A stretch of DNA of 64,000 nt from Polyangiaceae bacterium. Its GTDB lineage: Bacteria; Myxococcota_A; Polyangia; Polyangiales; Polyangiaceae. A model generated the notes under the pieces. It did no database searches. It saw only the letters and a program-made list of their open reading frames with translations, and had not been told where the DNA came from. Both the position numbers and the translations under genes were made by a program. Below, piece by piece: positions 50,073 to 58,813 of the stretch; the first letter of the stretch is position 1, and each line of letters opens with the position of its first letter. The stretch spans positions 120,179 through 184,178 of the forward strand of contig JAPSGB010000001.1 in NCBI GenBank assembly GCA_035063585.1, in the 5' to 3' direction.

Positions 50073-51686
50073 ATGAGATCGATCTCTCGAGTGTTCTGGA
50101 TGTGCGCGGGGTCGCTCGCGCTCGGCCTCGCGGGCTGCGCCCTCGATGACGCCAGCCTGGAGAGCGCGGGGGGAGGCGGCTTCGCCGGAAACGACCAGCG
50201 GCCGGACGCGGGCGCGAACGGCGGCGGCGCCGGCGCGGTGGTGCCGCCGCCCGAGCAAGAGGCGGAGAGTTCATTCCGCTCGCCGGTGGCGACCAGCCGC
50301 TTCATCTGGACCGCGAACCCGGAGAGCGGGCGGGTTGCGCTCATCGACGCGGTCTCGCTCGAGGTCCGCACCTTCCAGGCGGGGTTCGGCCCGACCTGGC
50401 TGGCGGCGCTGCCGAGCCGCGAGGACCCCGACTCCAACGCGGCCATCGTGCTCAACGTGCTCGGTCACGACGCGACCGTGCTGCGCGTGCTGCCGGACGG
50501 CGCGGTGACCACCGAGCGCGCGCCGGTGCACGCGGACGCGAACTCCTGGGCGATCGGGGCGAGCGGCCGGGTCGCGCTCGCGTGGACGGACGCGGCCAAG
50601 GTCGAGCACGCCGATCCGACCGAGGGCTTCCAGGACGTGACCGTGCTGGGGCTTGGCGCGAACGGCGTGAGCTCGACGCGCCTCTCGGTCGGGTATCGCC
50701 CGACGCGGGTGACCATCTCCGCGGACGAGCGGCGCGCGTTCTTGGTGACCGAGCCGGGCGTGAGCGTGCTCGATCTCTCGAAGAGCCCGCCCGCCGTGCT
50801 CGACGACGTGATCGTGACGGACGACCCGGTCGACGATCCCGCGTCGCGCGACGTGAGCATCACGCCGGACGGCGCGTATGCGCTCGTGCGTCTCGACGGG
50901 AGCCCGGAGGTCGGCGTGGTCGAGCTCGTGAGCGGCAGCCGCGTCGCGGTGACGCTCTCGGCGCCGGTCACCGATCTCGATCTGAGCGAGGACGGCTCCT
51001 TTGCGCTCGCCGTCGCGCGCGCGACCTCGGAGGTCGCCCTGCTGCCGGTCCCCGCGATCTTCTCGGACCCGGCGAGCTTCGAGAGTCTCACCTTGCCGAA
51101 CCAGACCATCGGCAGCGCCGCGCTCGCCGCCAGCGGCGCGCTCGCGCTCCTCTACACGAACGCGGTCGCGAGCGATCACCTGACCTCGCTCGACCTCCGC
51201 CCGGGCGACACCTTCCTCCAGCATCGCACGGTCGGCCTCCGGGCTCAGGTGAGCGCGGTGTTTCCCACGCCGGACGCGGCGCACGCGCTCGCGCTCCTCA
51301 CGCCGGGCGCGGGCAGCACGCGCGCCGGGGCGTTCAGCGTGGTGCCGCTCACGGCGAACCTGCCGCCGAAGCTCCAGGGCACCGACGCGCCGTTCTTCGC
51401 GGTCGCGCTCTCGCCCGCGCCGACCACCCGCGCAGTGGTCGCCACGCGCGACGACGCGCAGCGGATCTACGAGGCGTACCTCGCGCGGATGCCAGAGCTT
51501 CGCATCGATCGCGTACCGCTCGCGAGCGCACCGCTCGCGGTCGGGATGGTCCCCGCGGCGAACAAGGCGTTCATCGCGCAAGAGTACGCCGAGGGGCGGA
51601 TCACGTTCATCGACCTCTCGACCGGCGCGCCGTACACGCTCACCGGCTTCGAGCTCGCTGCCAAGGTGGTAGACGGCGCACGATGA
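50073..51686 (+). CDS. Beta-propeller (YncE-like) lipoprotein, paralogue 1
   Basis: Lipobox LAGC; blade motifs ANPESGRVA and DVSITPDG. Confidence 0.75.
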   Translation: MRSISRVFWMCAGSLALGLAGCALDDASLESAGGGGFAGNDQRPDAGANGGGAGAVVPPPEQEAESSFRSPVATSRFIWTANPESGRVALIDAVSLEVRTFQAGFGPTWLAALPSREDPDSNAAIVLNVLGHDATVLRVLPDGAVTTERAPVHADANSWAIGASGRVALAWTDAAKVEHADPTEGFQDVTVLGLGANGVSSTRLSVGYRPTRVTISADERRAFLVTEPGVSVLDLSKSPPAVLDDVIVTDDPVDDPASRDVSITPDGAYALVRLDGSPEVGVVELVSGSRVAVTLSAPVTDLDLSEDGSFALAVARATSEVALLPVPAIFSDPASFESLTLPNQTIGSAALAASGALALLYTNAVASDHLTSLDLRPGDTFLQHRTVGLRAQVSAVFPTPDAAHALALLTPGAGSTRAGAFSVVPLTANLPPKLQGTDAPFFAVALSPAPTTRAVVATRDDAQRIYEAYLARMPELRIDRVPLASAPLAVGMVPAANKAFIAQEYAEGRITFIDLSTGAPYTLTGFELAAKVVDGAR

Positions 51687-53278
51687 CTCACCGCTGGCTC
51701 CTGTATGGCGCGGCGGGGCTCGCGCTCGGGCTGGGCGCGGCGAGCTGCGGCGCGAGCGCGGACGAGGTGGGGTCGGCCGCGCCCGGCGACTGGGATGACG
51801 CCGGCATGAACGGGTCGGGGGGCGCGTCGGACGGCGGGGCCACGCACGACGCCACGCCTCCGCCCGAGCAGGAACTCGAGAGCTCGTTCCGTACGCCGGT
51901 CGTGACCGGCACGCGCATCTGGTCGGCGAACCCGGAGAGCGGACGGGTCGCGGTAGTGGACGCGAACACACTCGAGATCGCGACCGTGCAGGCGGGATTC
52001 GGGCCGACGTGGCTCACGGCGGTGCCAGCCGTGGACGGCGACACGGCGATCGTGCTGAACGTGCTCGGTCACGACGCGACGCTGCTCCGCGCCGAGCCGG
52101 GGGGCGACTATACGACACGCTCCCTACCGACCCACGAGGGCGCGAACGCCTGGGCGATGGGCGAGCACGGGCGCTGGGCGGTAGCGTGGACGGACGCGCG
52201 GCTCGTCGAGCAGGCGGATCCGACCGATGGCTTCCAGGACATCACCGTCATCCGCCTCGAGCGTGGCCGTGAGAGCGCGACGCGCCTCTCGGTCGGCTAC
52301 CGCCCGACCCAGGTCGTCATCGATCGCGCCGAGGCGCGCGCGTTCGTGGTGTCCGACCCGGGGGTGAGCGTGATCGCCCTCGACGGAGCCGCGCCGACGG
52401 TCACCGGGCTCGTGGAAGTGACCGCCGATCCGGTCGATGATCCCGCCGCGCGCGACGTGAGCATCACGCCAGACGGCGAGCTCGCGCTGGTACGCCTCGA
52501 CGGCAGCTCGGACCTCGGGCTGGTGTCGCTCCGCACGGGCTCGCGACGCGCCGTCACCCTGCCCGCGCCGGTGACCGATCTCGACCTCGGCGCCGACGGG
52601 ACGCGCGCGGTGGCCGCGCTCCGCTCGACGTCCCAGGTCGCGGTGCTCGACGTCCCGAGCTCGCTCGACGCTCCGCCGAACGTCGAGCTCGTGGAGCTTC
52701 CGGGCGAGACGTTCGGCAGCGTGTCACTCTCCGAGGACGCGAGCGTCGCGCTGCTCTACACGAACGCCGTGCCGTCTGATCACGTCTCGATCCTCGAGCT
52801 TCAGGCAGGCGGCGCGCCCACGTACCGCACCGTCTCGGTGAAGACGCCGGTCCAGGCGGTGTTCCCCTCCCCGGACGCGGCGCACGCGATCGCGCTCCAG
52901 GTGGCCGGCGCGGGGAGCGCCAAGGCCGGCGCGTTCAGCGTCATCCCGACCCGGGTGCTCCGCGCGCCGAAGCTGGTCGGGACGGACGCGCCGCTCACCG
53001 CGGTCGCCATCGCGCCGGCCCCGAGCACCACCGCAGTGGTCACCGAGCGCGACGACGCGAAACGGATATTCGGCGCGTATCTGGCGCGGATGCCCTCGCT
53101 GCAAGTGGATCGGATCCCGCTCGCGAGCCCACCCATGGCGGTCGGGATGGTCCCGCTCGCGAAGAAGGCCTTCGTGGCCCAGGAGCACCCGGACGGGCGC
53201 ATCACCTTCATCGATCTCGAGACGGGCAGCGCACGCACGCTCACCGGCTTCGAGCTCGGTGCGAAGATCGTGGATTAG
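51683..53278 (+). CDS. Beta-propeller lipoprotein, paralogue 2
   Basis: Lipobox AASC; colinear with paralogue 1; ATGA overlap. Confidence 0.75.
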   Translation: MTHRWLLYGAAGLALGLGAASCGASADEVGSAAPGDWDDAGMNGSGGASDGGATHDATPPPEQELESSFRTPVVTGTRIWSANPESGRVAVVDANTLEIATVQAGFGPTWLTAVPAVDGDTAIVLNVLGHDATLLRAEPGGDYTTRSLPTHEGANAWAMGEHGRWAVAWTDARLVEQADPTDGFQDITVIRLERGRESATRLSVGYRPTQVVIDRAEARAFVVSDPGVSVIALDGAAPTVTGLVEVTADPVDDPAARDVSITPDGELALVRLDGSSDLGLVSLRTGSRRAVTLPAPVTDLDLGADGTRAVAALRSTSQVAVLDVPSSLDAPPNVELVELPGETFGSVSLSEDASVALLYTNAVPSDHVSILELQAGGAPTYRTVSVKTPVQAVFPSPDAAHAIALQVAGAGSAKAGAFSVIPTRVLRAPKLVGTDAPLTAVAIAPAPSTTAVVTERDDAKRIFGAYLARMPSLQVDRIPLASPPMAVGMVPLAKKAFVAQEHPDGRITFIDLETGSARTLTGFELGAKIVD

Positions 53279-53294
53279 CGAGGAGTCGTTGGTA

Positions 53295-54893
53295 ATGATG
53301 AGACGTCTCTTGGCCTTGGTCGTGACGCTCGGCGCGGTCGGTGCCTGCGGCGGGCGCGACGCGTTCTGGGACGAAGCCGCCGACACTCCGCTCACCAGCG
53401 TCGGGCTCACCGGCTCGGTCGCGCTCGCGGACCCATCACTCGACCGCGTGCTCATGCTGACCTCGCCGTCGGGGCGCGAGCTGCGCGCTGCCCCCATCCG
53501 CGTGGGGCACAACTTGGTGAATCTGCTCGCCTCACCGGACCGCAGCACGCTCTTCGTGCTCTCGGCCGGCGCAGAGCCACGAAAGAGCAAGGACGACGAG
53601 CTCCCGAGCCTCACCGTGATCGACGGCGGGACGCGCCCCGAGGTGCGCGCACGCTACGAGCTCACCGATCCGCTGCGCGGGCTCGGCATCGACCCGGAGG
53701 GCGAGTGGGCGGTCGTCTACGAGGCCGAGGGCAGCGTGGTGGTGAACCCGAACGAGCTCATCCTGATCGATCTAGCGCACCCCGACGCGGCGCCCATCAC
53801 CAAGACCATTCGCAGCTTCGGCGGCCGTCCTGAGCGCATCAGCTTCACCTCCTCGCTCACGCTCCCGAAGGGGCCTCCCCGGCGCCTCTTGGTCGTGGAG
53901 ACGGACCACGACGTCACCCTCATCGATCTCTCGCACCCGGAGCGCGACGAGGTCACCGTGATGCTCCCGCGCACGCCGTCGGGAGCCGCCGGCAGCCCCG
54001 CGGAGGTAGCCTGGAGCGACGGCGCGCCCGACAGCGCGACCGACGCGCGGATCGCGGTGCGCCTGAAGAACGACCCGAACGTGCTCGTGCTCGAGCTCGG
54101 GCCGGCGCCCGCGAGCGAGCCCGACAAGGACTACCGTCCAACCATCAACATCGCCGACGTGGGCGGCGTGCCCTCGGCGATCGACTTCGTGGAGACCGAC
54201 GGCGGGCTCCGGCTCGCCGCACTGGTGCCGACCCAGGTGAGCGCGATGCTGGTCGATCCGGCGACCACGATGGTGCAGCGCGTCGGCCTCGGGCGGCCCT
54301 ACTCGCGCCTCACGCGGGTGACCGGTGACATCAAGGACAAGCCCGTGAAGAGCGACGTCGCGCTCCTCTGGAGCGAGCAGACGCGCGGCATCGCGTTCTG
54401 GTCGCTCGGGGTGACCACCGGCACGCCCTATCGCAGCGTGGACGCGTATGACATCGGGATCTCGGTCGCCAGCGTGCTCGACGTGCCAGGCACGGCCTTC
54501 TCGAACCTCAAGCTCCTGAAGAGCGCTGGCCAGGCCGAGTTCTACGTGCTCGACCTCGACCGACGCATGAGCTTCCCGATGCTCACGACGGCGAGCGGCT
54601 TCGACCTCACGGTTGCGCCGGACGGCGGGCGCGCCTGGGCGACCCTCGCGGGCGGCCCGCTCTTCGCCGAGGTCGATCTGAAGACGCTCCATCCGACCTC
54701 GCTCACCCTCGAGCGTGACCTCGCTGCCGTCTACGACATCGCCCGCGCCGACGGGGGCCGCAGCGCGGTCGCGATGCATCAAGCATCCTCGGGGAGCCGG
54801 TGGTGGTACGGCGCGACCGTCCTCGACGCGCTCCGCCCGGACACCGCCGACACCGCCTTCTACAGCGCGCTCATCCTCGGAGGGCAGCCATGA
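53295..54893 (+). CDS. Divergent beta-propeller-like lipoprotein
   Basis: GAGGAG RBS, lipobox VGAC, SPDR/DPEG/APDG blade turns. Confidence 0.68.
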   Translation: MMRRLLALVVTLGAVGACGGRDAFWDEAADTPLTSVGLTGSVALADPSLDRVLMLTSPSGRELRAAPIRVGHNLVNLLASPDRSTLFVLSAGAEPRKSKDDELPSLTVIDGGTRPEVRARYELTDPLRGLGIDPEGEWAVVYEAEGSVVVNPNELILIDLAHPDAAPITKTIRSFGGRPERISFTSSLTLPKGPPRRLLVVETDHDVTLIDLSHPERDEVTVMLPRTPSGAAGSPAEVAWSDGAPDSATDARIAVRLKNDPNVLVLELGPAPASEPDKDYRPTINIADVGGVPSAIDFVETDGGLRLAALVPTQVSAMLVDPATTMVQRVGLGRPYSRLTRVTGDIKDKPVKSDVALLWSEQTRGIAFWSLGVTTGTPYRSVDAYDIGISVASVLDVPGTAFSNLKLLKSAGQAEFYVLDLDRRMSFPMLTTASGFDLTVAPDGGRAWATLAGGPLFAEVDLKTLHPTSLTLERDLAAVYDIARADGGRSAVAMHQASSGSRWWYGATVLDALRPDTADTAFYSALILGGQP

Positions 54894-55585
54894 TCCGCCG
54901 CACGCTAGCCGCCGCGCTCGCGCTCGGCCTCGGGCTCTCGGTCGCCGGAGCGGCGCGCGCCGAGCCCCTCGGCTCGTATCAAGAGCACTGGGGAGCCCAG
55001 CTCGGCGTCCGCACCACGTTCGTGAAGAGCGCGGGCTTCGATCCCTACGCGGACGACGACGCGCTCGTGGAGTCGAGCATCGGCTTCGGCCGCACCGTGC
55101 TCAGCGACGGGCCACTCTCGCTCGCGGTGCTCGGCTTCTGGGAGTTCGGCGAGCGCCGCGCCGAGGCGCGCGGCGCGGCGACCTCGCTCGGCGTGAACCA
55201 CCTCGCGCTCGGGGCCGAGGCGCGCTACCACCTCCTCCCGCCGCTCTACGGGTTCGTCCGCGCAGCGCCCTCGGTCACCCACGTGAGCGCCTCGCTCGAG
55301 GATCCGGTCGCGAACACCACGCTCTCCTCACGAAGCTGGCTCTTGGGCTGGGACGTCTCGGCCGGCGGCGCGTTCCAGGTCTTCGGCAAGAAGAGCCCGG
55401 CGTCTTCGCACGTGCGGTTCTGGATCCTGGCGGAGGGCGGCTACACCTGGACGGGCTCGACCGACGTCCAGCTCACGAGCGAGTCGGACGACCCCGCGAC
55501 GCCCGCGCGCTCGGCGCCGGTCGCCCTGCCCGCGCTGGCGCTCCGCGGCGGCACCTTCCGCATCGCCGGCGTGCTCACCTTCTAG
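54890..55585 (+). CDS. Small outer-membrane beta-barrel protein
   Basis: Signal peptide (ARA), amphipathic strands, EGGY, terminal LTF; ATGA overlap. Confidence 0.7.
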   Translation: MIRRTLAAALALGLGLSVAGAARAEPLGSYQEHWGAQLGVRTTFVKSAGFDPYADDDALVESSIGFGRTVLSDGPLSLAVLGFWEFGERRAEARGAATSLGVNHLALGAEARYHLLPPLYGFVRAAPSVTHVSASLEDPVANTTLSSRSWLLGWDVSAGGAFQVFGKKSPASSHVRFWILAEGGYTWTGSTDVQLTSESDDPATPARSAPVALPALALRGGTFRIAGVLTF

Positions 55586-55711
55586 TGTGCGCGGGTGTAG
55601 GTGTGGAGCTCCGGCGCCCGAGGGGCTGGCGAAGCCCCCACCGCGAGAAGACCGTGACGACGAGGGAGAATCGAGTTGGACGAGGACGCCCGCGCTGCTA
55701 GAGTAAACTCC

Positions 55712-55963
55712 GTGCAAGTCGTGCTCCGAAAGCTTGGCCGGGGCTCGAGGGCCGTGGCGGGCCGTCTGGTCCGCGCGCCCCGGAAGGGCTCGGTGATCGT
55801 CATCGAGTTCTCGGACGGCATGCACGAGTACGTGACGACGCCCGTGAAGCGCGTGCTGCGCCTCGCCTCACGCGACGTCTTCTACATCGAGACCGTGAAT
55901 AGCCGTTACCGACTCGAGGTCCGCGACCGCGAGCGCGCGCTCGAGGACGTCTCGAGCGGCTGA
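55712..55963 (+). CDS. Small beta-rich hypothetical protein
   Basis: GC3-biased codons; TTPVKRV...ETVNSRYRL. Confidence 0.65.
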   Translation: MQVVLRKLGRGSRAVAGRLVRAPRKGSVIVIEFSDGMHEYVTTPVKRVLRLASRDVFYIETVNSRYRLEVRDRERALEDVSSG

Positions 55964-56071
55964 CCGGGCGGGTCCCGGTCGAAGAGGTAGCGTTCCCGGC
56001 CGAGAAGGACTATTCGAGTCCGGCCGCGTGAGGACGCGCGGCGCATCACCACCAAGAGAAGCGATCGACAC

Positions 56072-56218
56072 ATGGGAAGGTTCGACAGCCGCCACTCGAT
56101 GAAGACCCGCCGTCGCGAGGGCCAAGTGAAGAAGAAGGAGCGCCTCGCACGCAAGGCCGAGGCGACCAAGGCCGCGCGCAGCAAGAAGTCGAGCGGCTCG
56201 AAGACGAAGAAGGGCTGA
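56072..56218 (+). CDS. 48-aa highly basic protein (below the ORF-track cutoff)
   Basis: MGRFDSRHSMKTRRREGQVKKKERLARKAEATKAARSKKSSGSKTKKG; all Lys encoded by AAG; fills an intergenic gap. Confidence 0.7.
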   Translation: MGRFDSRHSMKTRRREGQVKKKERLARKAEATKAARSKKSSGSKTKKG

Positions 56219-56269
56219 GCGCGCCCGGGGTTCCCGACCCCGCGCTCGTCGCCGCGTCCGGAGCGGCGG

Positions 56270-56743
56270 TCAGCGGATGGTGATGGTCTCGAAGTGAGCG
56301 TCGCGACGCTCGGGCGCGAGCACCTCGACCTGCTCGCCGAAGAGCCCGAGGTCGCCGGCCATGCGCCGCTCGCGCTGGAGCTGCCACGAGCCGTCCTCGT
56401 CGGACCACACCTGCGCGAGGCGCGTCACGCGCAGCGAGCTCTCATTCACGCGCATCCACTGCACGTCCACGCTGACCACCGCGTGGTGCGAGTCGCGCAT
56501 CGACAGCCCTGCGAGCTCGATCTCGAGCACGCGAAGATCGCGCCCCCACGAGGCCCGGCGCTGCAGGAATACGTCGCGCGAGGTCTTGGAGGCGCGTCCC
56601 ATGGCGACGTCCATCCGCCCGAAGCGCGCGGCCATGTTGAGCTCACGCGCCGCGTCGGTGAGGCGCTCCGCGGGAGACGGCGGCGCCACGCAGGCGCTCG
56701 CGCCGAGCACCAACGCGAGCCCCAGGACGAATTTCCATCCCAT
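56270..56743 (-). CDS. Lipoprotein, possibly NTF2-like fold
   Basis: ATG at 56743, lipobox ASAC. Confidence 0.7.
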   Translation of the reverse strand: MGWKFVLGLALVLGASACVAPPSPAERLTDAARELNMAARFGRMDVAMGRASKTSRDVFLQRRASWGRDLRVLEIELAGLSMRDSHHAVVSVDVQWMRVNESSLRVTRLAQVWSDEDGSWQLQRERRMAGDLGLFGEQVEVLAPERRDAHFETITIR

Positions 56744-56765
56744 GCGCTCGGACCCGTAGCAGCCA

Positions 56766-57017
56766 GGGGCCGCGACGGAAAAGAAAGCGGCGCCCGCCGC
56801 GCGACGGGTCGCGAGGAGGGAGGATCGTTCACGCCAGGGGCCGCGACGGAAGAGAAAGCGGCACCCGCCCTGTGCGAGCGTCCGTCGCCGGCTGGTCGTG
56901 CCCAGGTGAGGCCGCAACGGAAAAGAATGCGGCACCCGCGCTGTGACCGGCCGGCGCGGCCGTTGGCCAAGCAGTGGAGCTGAGGCCGCGACGGAAAAGA
57001 AGGCGGCACCCGCCCTA
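56766..57017. repeat. Regularly interspaced array: four 36-bp repeats with 35/35/38-bp unique spacers (CRISPR-like geometry, no cas)
   Basis: Consensus GRGGCCGCGACGGAAAAGAAAGCGGCACCCGCCCTG at 56766, 56837, 56908 and 56982. Confidence 0.85.
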
Positions 57018-57028
57018 TGGGCCGCGGC

Positions 57029-57044
57029 TTGACCGATCGGTCAA
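57029..57044. promoter_or_regulatory. Perfect 16-bp palindrome, TetR-type operator candidate
   Basis: TTGACCGATCGGTCAA. Confidence 0.55.
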
Positions 57045-57149
57045 ATCGCGCAGTGAGCGGGCCGCGCCGCCGGCCGCGCCGGACCGGCCACCCGAGGAGC
57101 GCTGGCTCCGGTCGAGACGCGCGGCGCAGCGCCCGAGCCCATTACGTTC

Positions 57150-57179
57150 TTGACGGCCAAATTTCACCAATAATACTAT
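57150..57179 (+). promoter_or_regulatory. Sigma70-like promoter of the monooxygenase gene
   Basis: TTGACG-N18-TACTAT in an AT-rich patch; GGAGG RBS downstream. Confidence 0.6.
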
Positions 57180-57206
57180 CGGCAAAATCGATTCGTCGGA
57201 GGCGCC

Positions 57207-58745
57207 ATGCGAAACGACCACGTGCTCATCATCGGCTCCGGGTTCGCGGGGATCGGGCTCGCCATCCGCCTGAAGCAGGCGGGCATCGAGGACTTCACCA
57301 TCCTCGAGCGCGCGGAGTCGCTCGGCGGCACCTGGCGCGACAACACCTACCCGGGCGTCGCCTGCGACGTGCCCTCGCATCTCTACTCGTTCTCGTTCGA
57401 GCCGAACCCGACCTGGTCACGGTTCTTCGCGCCGCAGAGCGAGATCCTCGCCTACCTCGAGCGGTGCGCCGACAAGTACGGCGTGCGACCGCACATCCGC
57501 TTCGGGGTCGCGGCCGAGGGCGCGAGCTTCGACGAGCAGACCGGGCTCTGGACGGTGAAGACCAGCGACGGGCAGTCGCTCGAGGCGCGCGTGGTCGTCT
57601 CGGGTTCGGGGCACGCGCTCAGCCGCCCGATTTACCCCGACCTACCGGGTCGCGACACCTTCGCGGGAAAGAGCATGCACTCGGCGCGCTGGGATCACGA
57701 CTACGCGCTCGAGGGCAAGACGGTCGCGGTGGTCGGCACCGGCGCGAGCGCGATCCAGATCGCGCCTGCCATCGCCCCCAAGGTGAAGCAGCTCTTCGTC
57801 TTTCAGCGCACGCCGGGCTGGCTCTTGCCGAAGCCGGATCGCGCGATCTCCCCGCGCGAGCAGAGCGTCTATCGCCGGTACCCCGCGCTGCAGAAGGCGT
57901 TCCGGGCCGGCATCTACTCGGCGCTCGAGTCGATGGCGATAGGCTACGTGGTCGAGCCGAGGCTGAACCGCATCCGCGAGGAGCACGCGCTCCTCTATCT
58001 GCGCCGCAAGGTGAAGGACCCGGCGCTGCGGAAAAAGCTCACGCCGTCCTTCCGGCTCGGCTGCAAGCGCATCCTGCTCTCGAACGACTGGTACGACACG
58101 CTCCAGCGGCCGAACGTGGCGCTCGTCGCCGAGCCCATCACCGAGGTTCGCGCCGGCTCGCTCGTGACCCGGGACGGCGCGGAGCATCACGTGGACGCCA
58201 TCGCGTGGGCGACCGGCTTCGAGGCGGCGGAGGCACGACCGCCCTTCGCAGTGCAAGGGCGCGGCGGACGCGACCTCGCGACGACGTGGAAGGACCACGC
58301 CGAGGCTTACCTCGGCACCACCATCTCGGGCTTCCCGAACCTCTTCCTCATCATTGGGCCGAACCTCGGGCTCGGGCACTCGTCGATGGTGCTCATGATG
58401 GAGTCTCAGTTTGCTTACGTGGTAGACGCCATCAAGACGCTGCGCGCGCGAAAGCTCGACTTCGTGGACGTGCGCCCGGAGGTCGCCGCGCGCTATAACG
58501 ACGCGCTCCAGGCGAGACTCGCCGGGACCGTATGGAACTCCGGCGGCTGCTCGAGCTGGTATCTCACGCGGACGGGCAAGAACACCACCGCCTGGCCGGG
58601 CTTCACCTTCGAGTTCCGCTGGAAGACGCGCCGCTTCGACGTCGAGAACTACGAGCTCGGCGCCCAGGACGTCCCTACCGCGCGCGAGCGTGCGGTGCGC
58701 GCACCAAGCCGGCTCGCCGCCCTGCGCGGCGCGCGCGAGGCCTAG
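57207..58745 (+). CDS. Flavin-containing Baeyer-Villiger-type monooxygenase
   Basis: GSGFAG, GGTWRDNTYPG, FAGKSMHSARWD fingerprint, GTGASA and ATGF. Confidence 0.93.
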   Translation: MRNDHVLIIGSGFAGIGLAIRLKQAGIEDFTILERAESLGGTWRDNTYPGVACDVPSHLYSFSFEPNPTWSRFFAPQSEILAYLERCADKYGVRPHIRFGVAAEGASFDEQTGLWTVKTSDGQSLEARVVVSGSGHALSRPIYPDLPGRDTFAGKSMHSARWDHDYALEGKTVAVVGTGASAIQIAPAIAPKVKQLFVFQRTPGWLLPKPDRAISPREQSVYRRYPALQKAFRAGIYSALESMAIGYVVEPRLNRIREEHALLYLRRKVKDPALRKKLTPSFRLGCKRILLSNDWYDTLQRPNVALVAEPITEVRAGSLVTRDGAEHHVDAIAWATGFEAAEARPPFAVQGRGGRDLATTWKDHAEAYLGTTISGFPNLFLIIGPNLGLGHSSMVLMMESQFAYVVDAIKTLRARKLDFVDVRPEVAARYNDALQARLAGTVWNSGGCSSWYLTRTGKNTTAWPGFTFEFRWKTRRFDVENYELGAQDVPTARERAVRAPSRLAALRGAREA

Positions 58746-58813
58746 CCCGGCGCGCCGCGCGGCGCGCGACGACACGCTGGCCAAGCTAGGCCCGCGGCGT
58801 TATGGGGCGACGC

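Noticed and set aside
56766..57017. Calling the array a bona fide CRISPR
   Set aside because: The repeats are not identical, lack a typical terminus, and have no cas genes or clear leader; it is kept as an unexplained array.
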